A program made the position numbers and the translations under genes. A stretch of DNA of 64,000 nucleotides from Guillardia theta CCMP2712 (lineage: Eukaryota > Protista > Cryptophyta). The notes below the pieces were generated by a model. It was not told the origin of the DNA. It was given only the letters and a program-made list of their open reading frames with translations, and made no database searches. The DNA is taken from contig NW_005434669.1 of the NCBI RefSeq assembly GCF_000315625.1, positions 1,152,499-1,216,498 of the forward strand. The letters are read 5' to 3'. This document shows, piece by piece, positions 44,358 to 55,104 of the stretch (its first letter is position 1; every line of letters starts with the position of its first letter).

Positions 44358-46241
44358 CGACATGTCCGTCACCTCGTAGCTTGTCATTCAAATGCCTTTC
44401 TCCCATCATCGCTCTCTCGCAGGCCTCAAGCTCCTCGTCTCGCTGAGCCACAGCAGCCTGAAGCAACATGAGGCACAAGAGATGAGCAAGAAGCGTGAGA
44501 AGAGGGGAGGGGAGAAGAGGGGAGGGAAGGGTAGAAGAGGGGAGGGGAGGGGAGGGGAGGGGAGGGGAGGGGAGGGCACAGCACCAAAGGCAGAGGGAAG
44601 GCGATGTTCTACCTGCATTCGCTGCTTCGCCATCTCCATAGTTTGTTGGAAAAGTTTTTCTACTCAAAGTGATCTACGTCAGTATGCAGACGCAGCTGTG
44701 GAACGAAAACAAGACAGGGAGAAGAGAGAAAAAAGAGAAAACGAATGTGTAGGAGAGAGGGACAGGAAGGAAGTGGGGGAGAAAGGGAGGAAGGAATGAG
44801 TTTGAGGGAGGGGAGGAGGGAGCGAGGGAGAGAGCGAGAGGGGGAGGAAATAGATGTATGAAGGTTCGAGAAATAACGCAAACGTTTGTATGTCTTACTT
44901 TGATTGCTGGAGATCTGAGATCGCTCATGCGCATCCTCTCGTGACTTGCAATATGTTTTTACATTTCTTCGCAATTTCTTCTTCTCCTTACCTCCTCCAA
45001 AGCCTTTTCAAGCAACGTTGTCTCTGTTTGCAACTTGTGCAACTTTGCCTTGTAGTTTTCTTCCAGTCTGCCTTTGATTTCAGACATTGTGGATGTAGCG
45101 AAGAAGTGAGTTACAGGATGATGTTTTTGTTTGCACTGCACACAGCAACTCTGAGTTCTTCGTTCTCTTCAATTAGTTGAGTATTCTGCAACCTGCTGTC
45201 ATCGTTCGGTCGGGCCGTCGGTCGGTCGGTCGTTTCCCACTCACATGAATAACTTGTTTGGTGAATGCGTCTTGTAAGCTTGTCAACTCCATCTGATAAT
45301 GTGTCAGCTCCACATGAAGGGACATCAAGCCGAACTTCCAAGCCTTCTCCGTACCTGAAGCTCGCGTTTCTCTTTCGACAACTTTTCTTGTTTGATCTGG
45401 CAACTTCCAGCATGGGAGTTAAAGCAAGAGAGAAATATTGGCTGCGCTTGCACCTTTTCCACAATTTCTCCATCAAGTTCACATGCTTGAAGCAACAGTC
45501 GTTGACGTTGGTCGCCCTCAGTTGCAACAAAACTTGATGATCCAACTCGTCAAATTCTTCCGACAGCGATATTGACATGTTTCCTCCCATCACTTTGCTC
45601 TCGTTTAAGTTTTGCAATGGTCTGATCGCTTCAGTGATGGGGACCTTGAGCAATCAATCAAGGGTAAGAGAAAAAGAACAAAACTCAATTGACATGTCAT
45701 ATCAAAATTCAAACAATCAGAACAGGTAATCTAGCAGCATTTACCTGATATTCTGCTGTCCCGTTGGAGCTTATTTCTTCGAACAAGAACTCGTAAACAA
45801 ACGCCGCAGCTTCTAGTTCTTCCCCCATCTTCGTGTTGTGACCATGAGCGAACCCGATCACATCTCCATGCGTCAGTGATTGCTTGCTGACTCGCCGTCT
45901 GTTCACAAATAACCCGTTAGGACTGCCATTGCATATGATCTGCCATCGGCATTCATCCGCACGGCCCCTGAGCCTATGCAGGTCCATCCAGGCGTGAGCT
46001 CGAGAGATTCCCTCCCATGCCAGCTCAACGTCCGACCGCGAGTCTCTTCCAAAGGTCCTGAGAAGCTACTGAGCGCAGCGAGGAGCGAGCAAGGAACATA
46101 CAGGCACTGGTGATGCGTCAGATCCACTACCTTGCCAGCCATCAGGCGTGTGTTGCTCTTCTCTCGCGCATCAGTCTCGTCGCTTCTTTCCTCGCCCTCC
46201 CACCATCGCTGCACAATCAATCTTGCGCTCAGACTCGTCAT
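43670..46241 (-). CDS. FHA-domain + coiled-coil protein (multi-exon)
   Basis: TFGRDSRSDVELAWEGISRAHA...SPNGLFVN...LTHGDVIGF (FHA), followed by coiled-coil exons (IKGRLEENYKAKLHKLQTETTLLEKALEE). 3' end approximate. Confidence 0.7.
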
Positions 46242-46249
46242 GCCAGGCT

Positions 46250-46900
46250 GCTCAACTGACCGCCATCTTGGGGATCAAATGTCAAACTTCAAGTTCAAAT
46301 TTTCAAAATTTCAAATTTTAGGGCTCACTCGAACAAATTTTAGGGCTCACTCGGCCTCCGGCCGGTTCAAGTTCGGCCCCGAACGGCCGGGTCCGGCACG
46401 GTGACCCGGGCCGTCTCACGCCTGCTGAGCCTCGGAGCGCCCGCCCGGCGGCGCCGCTCCGATCTACTACTGAGCCGACTCCTGTTCACGGGTGGCCCAG
46501 TAACCGTGAGTCACTGTCACGCTCAGTGACTTGAAGGGCCCCGGGCCCGGAGCGGCCCGGCCCCCTGGAGCCAGAAACTTGCCGGCGCGGCCCGCCCCCC
46601 CAGGAGCGGCAACCCAGGGGCGGGCAACTTGCAATCATTGAACGGTCCTGGCCCGTCATTTTGACTTACTAGTAGGATCCGAATGATCCGACGGTACACT
46701 GGGCTGGCTCACGGTGACGGTACTCGGAGGCTCAGTACGGTACTGAGAGTCACCGTGCAATGGACCGCCGAGCGTGAAAGGCCATGGTTGTGACGGCCCG
46801 GCCCGCAATCCGATCATGGGCCCTTGTCCCGACTCGGTCCGGCGATAGTGGCAGGCTGCCTGGCCGCGCTGAAGTCGGTATGACGATGATACTACCGAAA
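46250..46900. promoter_or_regulatory. GC-rich palindromic island upstream of the FHA/coiled-coil gene
   Basis: CCGG/GGCC/TGAGTCA/CGGTAC-rich. Confidence 0.45.
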
Positions 46901-46987
46901 AGTGAACCGTTGATCAGGAAGGAGGAGCAACCAGTGATAGCGGTTGAGAGATTTAAGTTATGAGATACTAGCAGAAAGACGAGCGAG

Positions 46988-49762
46988 TCACTCGCTCCTG
47001 AGGATGATGTGGCAGCCCGAGTCAGTCTCGACTATCCCTGATACCTCGCCCACCTGCCAGCATGTCAGGCCGTCGGTCAGCTAGGAAACGCGCACGAACT
47101 TGGAGAGAGAAGGAAGCCTCCTCGAATGGTTTCTGCATTTTCCCTCGCGCAAACGTTCCCAGGTCACCATGATCTTTGGCCGAGGAGCAGTCAGAATGTT
47201 TGTAAGCAAGCTCCTTGAACCTAAAGTGAAAGTCAGTACAGATGAAGGTGTAGAGAGAGGATGAGGATGAGGATAAGATGCAAGTGATCAAAACGATTAT
47301 TTCAGTCTTCAGCGTAAGGATCGCATCATTGTGGTTAAGTTAAAGATGTGATGCGCGGAGAAAGTGTAAAACCTCTGCATTGTGTTGCGAGACGAGGAGA
47401 TATCGGCGAGAAGATCCGAGAGAATCTTTCTGGCTTCGTCCCTGCTTCTTGATCGGATCACTTTGCCCTCCTCATCCCTCCAACTCGAGGGCCTTCGTGA
47501 ATCTGAGAACATCCCAATCGTCACCATCACGAATAACCTCAGCACTCTTGCTCCGTCTTCTCAACGCCTCCAAATTCACCTTTGTGCTTTATAAGGATAT
47601 GGTATGCTCCCACCATTTCCTTCTGCCTCTTATTCGGGGGACATTTCTGTGTCTCCGAGCTTCGCTTCATCCCGACGCTCTCCTTCTGCCCTCGAGAGAT
47701 GACATACTTCCTCGTGCTCGCACCGAACTCCAGCACATCTCCATCCTTCACTTCCACCTTCCGCTCGGGCTACAGCGAAAGCGACTGAGCAGGGAAGGAG
47801 AAGAAGACCTTGTACCTCGATGTTTCTGCTGTTGACCTTGGTGCCGTGCGCCGATCCCAAGTCGAGGATGTAGACTTTCTATAGGCAAGTTAAGAGAGGA
47901 GGCGAAGAGCTGGAGGCAACCTGTCCCTCGGACTGTAAGATTGCATGCTGTCTGCTGACCGATGGATGCTCCATCACGATATCCGTTTCAAGGCTTCGAC
48001 CCAGGGTCTATAGGTTGATGTTAGAAAAAGAGTTGGAGAATGAAAGGCGATATCTAAGAACAAGATCCAACATCATCATGACACAAAATGCTGGAAAGTC
48101 AAGACACGCGTCAAACGATGATTGTTGAGCAGCATGACATGCGCAGGCAACACGAAAGTGCCATTTTGCATCACCAATTTTGAGTTTCCTGGCAGCTCAA
48201 CACGATCTACAACTGTTTCGTCCTTGTATACAGTGACGAAGCAAGGGACGGGATCTGCTGCTTCCTCTACAACATGTTGGTCCCCATTCTTGTCTTTCTG
48301 CTCGTCGACAATCACTGGATTCTCTTTTTCCTTTCCTTCATCTGCGTCCTCGGGATCATTCGATAGCGAGAGATGGGGGTGAGTCACCCGCAGTCTTGTC
48401 GTCGGCGATGCCAAGCTTCTTCTGGTAGTCGTGCAGGGCCTTCATAAACCCTGCCGATCCTCAGCGACAGCAAAGACGCGACGAGTTACCTTCGTTGGGA
48501 CGAGCGACCTTCCTGCACCTCACCACATGCGCGACCGCGCGAGAGGCAGGCCACTTGAAGCGATGGATGAGGTAGGCGACACAAAGCGACGCGCTCCTGG
48601 TGACCTCTGTCACTCGCCCATCGCCAACCCTTGAGGAGGAAGCGTGCACCTCGAGATTCCTGCTCCACAATGCACGAGTGTCGCATGCTTCTTCGAGATG
48701 GCTCGTTCGATGAAATTATTAGAAGCGTCGATGTGCTGCCGATTAAGTTGAGGGTCAGCTTCCACGCAAGCAGCAGCATTCTGTCACCTGCAGGATCCCG
48801 TCCGTGTCCACATCATCCTGCTGCAACCGCAGATGCTGCCGTTTGCTTCCGAAGGAGATGTCTTTGGGCCGTTGATGGATTGTAATGACTGAGCGAACAT
48901 TGAGATGGTCCAGGCTGGTCTGGGGCACCAGCGTCATTGGCAGAACAAGTAGAACAGCGAGGCATCAACCTCGTCCTTTGCATGATCCCAGTCCCCCAGG
49001 TACAGTTCTCCTGGTATCACCTCAGCAGGATACCTTCTTGGCTCTCGTGGTTTCCCAAAGGTTGTACAAAGTCCTGGGTACTTTTCCAGGACGGTATCGA
49101 AAGGAACATCAAGAAGTCGGATGAGGCGCGGAAGGGTAAACTCATCGCTCTGAAGGAATCTAACAACCTCATGCTCAGGTGTGAGAGCTGCTGAGCCGTA
49201 GAGGACAAGTTCCCTCCCCATCCACAACGACGGCTGCCATAACCCTCGAACCCCAAGGATTCGCTCTCGCTTCCTCTTAAGATCCTTGTGGTCGTTTGAG
49301 TCATGGCGGAGACTGGAATCTTCCAGCACCCTCCTGTTCCCACGGTTCACGATGGAGACACAGAAAGCACCGCACACGTTCCCCTTGTGAAACTCTTTGT
49401 GCGGCCTTACGTCCACAATAAGAGGAGGTTTCCGCTCGTTGGCAGTGCCTTGGAAGCATGAGAACAAGTCAGACGCAGTGCATGTTTCAACAGGAGCTGC
49501 TCGTTTCTTGACTTCTTCCTGTCCTTGTCCCTGTTTTGTTGAAATATCCTCCTCCTCGTCACCAGCCTCGTCCCACCTGTTTAGCAACCTCACTCACAGA
49601 AAGTATGAGATGTGGAAACAGAGCAGAGAGGGTGGATTCACAGAGAAACTTTGCTGCAAGACATGTGATCGACATCATCGAACATGATTCCTCTGTCAAG
49701 ATCTGCATGCGAGGCATCTGCGGTCGTAGATAGACCGCGCGTGCACCATCCTACCTTCCCAT
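46988..49762 (-). CDS. Rhodanese(CH2)-dual-specificity phosphatase-FHA-Pin1-type parvulin fusion protein (multi-exon)
   Basis: Exons splice in frame: [19 protein letters not shown] (rhodanese); [43 protein letters not shown] (DSP); [32 protein letters not shown] (FHA); [61 protein letters not shown] (parvulin). Confidence 0.85.
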
Positions 49763-50182
49763 GACGGTGAACGAAGGACTCGGTTTGAATCGAAGAGAAT
49801 CGATTAGACTCGGCGAGTCACTGATTCCGGCCCGGCCCCGGCCCGGCCGCCCCGAACTAGATGTTCTCTATTCAAAAGGTAAGAAACTTTTGTGTCCTAA
49901 AAAAGTAGTTGCCCCACCCACTTCCTGGGAAGGATTTGAGTAACAATTCGTCCTAGCTCTCCATGCTGATAGGAGGGAAGGAGTGAGGGAGTGAAGGAGC
50001 GGATCGAAGAAGGACGAAGACAAAGAGAAGAAGGGAAGGACAAGGAATAGCCAGTGCTGAACAACAAACCTCTCCTACCTGTCGGCGGACTCTTATCGTT
50101 CCGTTGGTCGCTGAGTGAAACAACGCAAACGTCCAACATCATTGAGTGGATCAAAGGCGACCTCCAAATTGTTTTCTCGAAC

Positions 50183-50815
50183 ATGGAAATTGATTTTGCT
50201 TTGTTCTTGTTGTTGCAAATTGTTCAGATTATTCTTCTGTTGGCAATTGCGTCGATTCTTCTTCTCCTTGTCTATCGCAAGATCGTCAGGCCCAAGTCAG
50301 GAGCATTCAAAACACTGATCGTTTTGGGATCAGGAGGGCATACAACAGAGATGTTAAGTATTGCAAGTAGTTTGCCTGCGCCGTTGATTGATGATGCAAC
50401 ATTTTTGATCGCTTCTACGGATAGGATGAGCGAAATCAAACTGAGACAGAAGTTTCCCGGTGCGATGGTGAAGAAAACTCCTCGTGCACGGGAAGTGAAA
50501 CAATCATGGATCACTTCTGTGTACACCACTCTGATTGCATCATTTCATGCAATGTGGTTTGTATTCATGATTCAACCTGATCTTGTCCTTTGCAACGGAC
50601 CAGGAACTTGTGTACCCATCGCATATTCAGCGTTCCTGTTCCGTTTTTTCCTTATGCAGAGATCAAAGATTATTTTTGCAGAGAGCATTGCCAGAGTGAA
50701 ATCCTTATCTCTCTCTGGAAAGCTCTTGTATCCGATAGCCGACGAGTTCGTTGTTCAGTGGCAGGAGCTCATAGAAAAGGCTCCACGTGCTCGTTATGTT
50801 GGCTTCTTGATATGA
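50183..50815 (+). CDS. ALG14: UDP-N-acetylglucosamine transferase subunit ALG14
   Basis: N-terminal TM; LIVLGSGGHTTEM, PRAREVKQS, PDLVLCNGPGTCVP, ESIARV..LSLSGKLL, F.VQW. Confidence 0.95.
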   Translation: MEIDFALFLLLQIVQIILLLAIASILLLLVYRKIVRPKSGAFKTLIVLGSGGHTTEMLSIASSLPAPLIDDATFLIASTDRMSEIKLRQKFPGAMVKKTPRAREVKQSWITSVYTTLIASFHAMWFVFMIQPDLVLCNGPGTCVPIAYSAFLFRFFLMQRSKIIFAESIARVKSLSLSGKLLYPIADEFVVQWQELIEKAPRARYVGFLI

Positions 50816-50890
50816 AATGACTTGAACATGATGAGTGTAAATGTGATCGATGATAAGATTCATTGCGATTGCTATCTAAACGAATGGTCT

Positions 50891-52038
50891 CTATCCGCTG
50901 GATGAGAACAAAATCAAATAAGATGGATAACTCTGCGCATCTGAGGTGGAAACCAGGATTGTTGGTTTGTCTACTTTGTCTGCAAGCGTGTCAAATCTGT
51001 AGAGATCAGGAGTCAAAATATCATAGTAACGTATAGTAAATCCTCTTGGTCTCACCTCCTTTTTGTTCGAGATTCAGGGATGACGGGAGCCGATCCTTCG
51101 ACATGATCACCGACTGTCACATCACACACGAAGAGAGTAGCCAAGAAGATCATTTTGCATCCCACCAGACGGGCAGGATGCACAGCAAGAGACTTTGCAA
51201 GATCTTCGTCTACAGTTGCTGCAAACCGAGCTGCGAGATCGCTACAAGTGGCAAAGTAACAGCCCTTGCCGTATTGATTCACGCCGTCTTGCCCTGCATG
51301 TACAAGCAATCCCTTCTCAGCGATTGATATGACGTTTGCAGATGTTTTGCATCCATGCCAGACAAGATCGCTTGCTAATGATTGACGCGATTCATCCGCT
51401 TTGAGTCGCTGTTGCATCATCTCCAGGTATTTCCTGGTTCTGCTTAACAATTCTTTGTTCTGAACGCGCATGATCCGGACGAGCGAAACCTGCGGCAGAC
51501 CTTGAAAGAAGCGGTCCGAGACAAGCTTCCACTCTTCAGTATCTTTGTAAACTTTCGACAAGGCGAAGCTTGTAGTGCGGGATTTATGTTGCAAGAGAGG
51601 TAGGTTTTGTTCCCAATAACGTGTGATGTCATCTCTCTGCATGAAAGATGTGTAATCCTTTGCTGTGAAAGTTTCCATTGATGATTGTAAGAACTTTATG
51701 CACGCATCCCTTCTATTGTTGTTTGCTGCTCGGAAAATCATTTCCGATGAAGCGGTTTTCAATCGAAATACGCGGTCATCGTCATTTGTCACATTCAAGA
51801 TGTCGTTGAAGGGAAATATTTTCACATCAGCCTCAGGATTGGAAAGGTCTTCTCTGTTCTTGGCAACGATGAAATGATTGCAAGTTATTCTGATGATTCT
51901 TCCCTTCCATGAAGTGATAAAGAACTTCTTGCTCTGCAGCTCAACAGCTTCATCAAGAATCTTGTGTTCTACTGTGCGATTCGTTTTGACATCCACTCCT
52001 GTCTTGCTCTGGCCTTTTGTGCTTTTCTTGACCGGCAT
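50891..52038 (-). CDS. PH domain + PARP-like (mono-ADP-ribosyltransferase) catalytic domain protein
   Basis: N-terminal PH-like fold (SWKGRIIRIT..FRLKT..IFRA..RDACIKFL). PARP motifs RVQN, VWHGC, YGKGCYFA, MIFLA; last exon FDTLADKVDKPTILV..QSYPSYLI-TAG. Confidence 0.8.
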
Positions 52039-52458
52039 CGTGATTAGCTTTGATATGTCTTCTCAACATTTGTTCTCACAGCTCGTCGTTGTATCTCTCG
52101 TCAACGCTACTCTGTCGCCATCGCATTCCATTCTGGATTTCCTTGTGGTCAAAGTCCATTCAAGCTCCCCTCAGGGCTTTACTAACACAAGATGTAGGAC
52201 AGCACCCCCCAGTACGGCGATGACTATTTATTTGTTGTTATAAAGACAGAGGCAGTATACCTGCTGAAACATTGCCATGCCACGGATGGAGATGAAGGTG
52301 AAGAAGAGGACGGATAAAGACGTAACAATGAGGAAGCTTCTATGATTGTGATGTTCATTCGAAGTGATGAGAGGGGGATGACGCTGATGCTGCTGCCTGA
52401 AAAGACTGTTACGGGTATCCTTGAGAAAAGTTGACCTGAACCAGGCCGTCCCCACTTG

Positions 52459-52543
52459 GGGAGGGAGGGAGGGAGGGAGGGAGGGAGGGAGGGAGGGAGG
52501 GAGGGAGGGAGGGAGGGAGGGAGGGAGGGAGGGAGGGAGGGAG
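52459..52543. repeat. (GGGA)n microsatellite
   Basis: Direct read. Confidence 0.95.
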
Positions 52544-53099
52544 ATTATCAAAACAGCTTTTAGTTTACCTTCAAGATAACATCTGTGCCGTATGCACCAC
52601 CATTTATCATGAACTCAAGAGCGGTGTCCGGCAGGTACCTGAGATGTCTTGCGGGCATTGCAAGTCGACCATCGAAAGAGAGGTTGCCCTCCCTCTTTGT
52701 CTGGCCCCTTGCTCGCAAACCTCATTATCTCAGCAGGTGGGAAAGATTGAGGGAGTGAAATCAGTAGTTGCGAATCATGAAACGAAAGATGTACAGGTCG
52801 CCTTTTGATATCTTCCTTCCTTGATTTTTTTGTTTTTGAATTGTTTTGATCGCCAGGTGGAGTTCAGCGATCCTGCAACTTGGCAGAACATTCGACAAGT
52901 TCTGATAGATAACGAATTTCCACCCGAGAATGAGAAGGAAGTTTGAAAGTTTGAAATTTACACATACACAAGCATCTGCTGGAGAATCATCATAATGACT
53001 GTGGTTTGACTCTTTCAGATGGGAATGAGATTGCAATGATCATGCCCCTCTTCTTGTCTGTTCTATATTTCCCACCACGCTACCGCACAGCAATGACTG

Positions 53100-54150
53100 A
53101 AAGAACCTCACGAATTCCCGGCCGGCCGGGCACTGACTAGGTGACACTGTCTGCCTCTCTTTACTCAAAGTGGACTCGAAGTTAAACAGTCCCATTGCCA
53201 CTGGCGGCTGAGCACTGGCAGGCGGGGTCCCCGGGCCCGGGAAGCCTGAGAAACGCCGGTAGTGCGATCGGACCGTGTCTCTTCCAAGTTCTTGCACTGC
53301 CACGGTCACTGGCACAGTGTATGGCTTGTTACTTCATACATTGATTGACCGTACTGTCCGATGATGGGCTTGAGTCAATGGCCCGTGACTGAGTCAACTG
53401 AGTTACAAGTTTGAGTCGGCTGAGAGTCATGCTCAGCGGCTGGCGCCCCCCGGAAAGTTTAGTTAGCCTGAACTTCGGAACGGTTGCCGCCCCGGGTCAC
53501 TTCAACTTCGCAAGTGGCCGGGCCGGGCCCGGCGGCCGCCCGCGCCGCCGCCGGGCGCCGCGGCGCCGCGGCGGGCCCGGCGGTCACCGTGTCACAGGCT
53601 CAGCAGGGCCCGCCGACCGCAGTACGGTCGGACTCCGGGACGCGGGGCTCACTGAGTCCGAGTCAGCCCGGCCACTGAGACTACGGTGCCAGTGTCCCGG
53701 CTCCGATCAGCAGTGTTCAACGGTTGTGGGGCCGGGGCCGGCCGTGCGGCAGTGCTGTAGTGGTCCGACCGTCACTGACTCGGACTACGGGAGCCCGGCC
53801 TCACCGTCACGCGTGGCGTGACGCCCGGCCGGCGGGCCGGCCATCCGATCCGATGATCCGATTGATTCGTGACTAAGCCGCGGCTGTCGAGTGCACTGCC
53901 ACTGGCACCGTACCGTGACGGTGGCGCCGGCCCCCCCCGCCGCGCGCGACTCGGCGAGCGTACTAACAACTCCCGAGTCCCGGGGCCCGCCGGGCCCGCC
54001 GGGCCTTCCGGGCCGTCCGAAGTTTACGCCGGGTGGCCGCCGGCCGGCCCGGCCCCGGTACTCCGACACTCCCAGCTATCATCTCCGAATATGGCATCAC
54101 TGCCCGGCCACAGTACGGTAGTGAGTGGCCTGCTGCTTCCGGCCGGTCAT
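53100..54150. promoter_or_regulatory. Large GC-rich palindromic island between divergent genes
   Basis: Very high GC with CCGG/GGGCCC/TGAGTCA/GTGAC motifs; no credible protein. Confidence 0.5.
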
Positions 54151-55104
54151 CGTCTTTCCATTATAAAAGGTTTTAGATATATACAAGTGTTTTGGCCTCT
54201 TCTGACAGCAGTACCATGAATAAAGTAAATTCTAAGATTAGATTTTTAGTATCATTTTATGCCATCTATCATTGGAAACGGCTCTTATTCGCATTCTGGA
54301 ATATTTCACAGCCATAAAGTTCAGAGTTGGCGTGCATTTGTTTCGGTAGAAATCTCTACAGCCCCCCTCGGAATGTACGAGAACAAAAACATTTTGTAAA
54401 ATTGGGACAATTTATAACTATAATATATATTCGAATGTGCCATGAGGCCTATCGTGATAGGACAAGCTACGGTCGAGTGGCTAAGACTGTAGGACCTCCT
54501 ACAACGCTAGGAACGCCTTCCCACATTGCTGACCCCCCACCCTCGTCTTTTCCACTGCTTCGAGAACAGACCCGTCCTTTACTCATAAAGTTTAGTACCC
54601 ACCTAGCATTATTTGTGATGAACTAGAACAGTACGCGGCTTTTTCCTCTTTACTGTGTTATTTGAAGGGGTAGTATCGTAACCCTTTCACAATGAAAACT
54701 ACCTCTACCCACTCAAATGTACCCCTACCCCTCTATTGCATTCGGTTTGATCTTGCAGATGGAATCGGAGTAGGAGAGATGGTGGACCAGGCGAAGGGGA
54801 GAAATGGCGAGATGAGAAGAGAGTTGCACCAGAGGACGAGGAGAAGAAAGCCAAACAATATGATGTCATGAGCGATTCATTGAGAACTAAATTCATATGG
54901 AAAACAGTTATTTGAAGACGCAGGAGAAAAGATCCGGAGCTTTCGAGGCAAGGGAAGGAAGGCGGGGAGATCGTAGATATGCGATCCAAGTGGAGATCAG
55001 ATACGAGTAGTGGCTATTTTAAGATTTGAGGGATCTAACCGGTCCAGATAGAATCTGAATGGATGCCGAGGAGTTGGTTCGGAGTCAGATAGATCTAGCT
55101 TAGA

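Noticed and set aside
52180-53040. Possible small minus-strand gene or upstream PARP exons
   Set aside because: Exon-like segments exist, but I could not fix a consistent frame or family, so it is not reported as a feature.
53411-54219. ORFs within GC-rich islands (also at 8327, 37869-38648)
   Set aside because: Low-complexity R/P/G/A translations expected from stop-poor GC-rich non-coding DNA.
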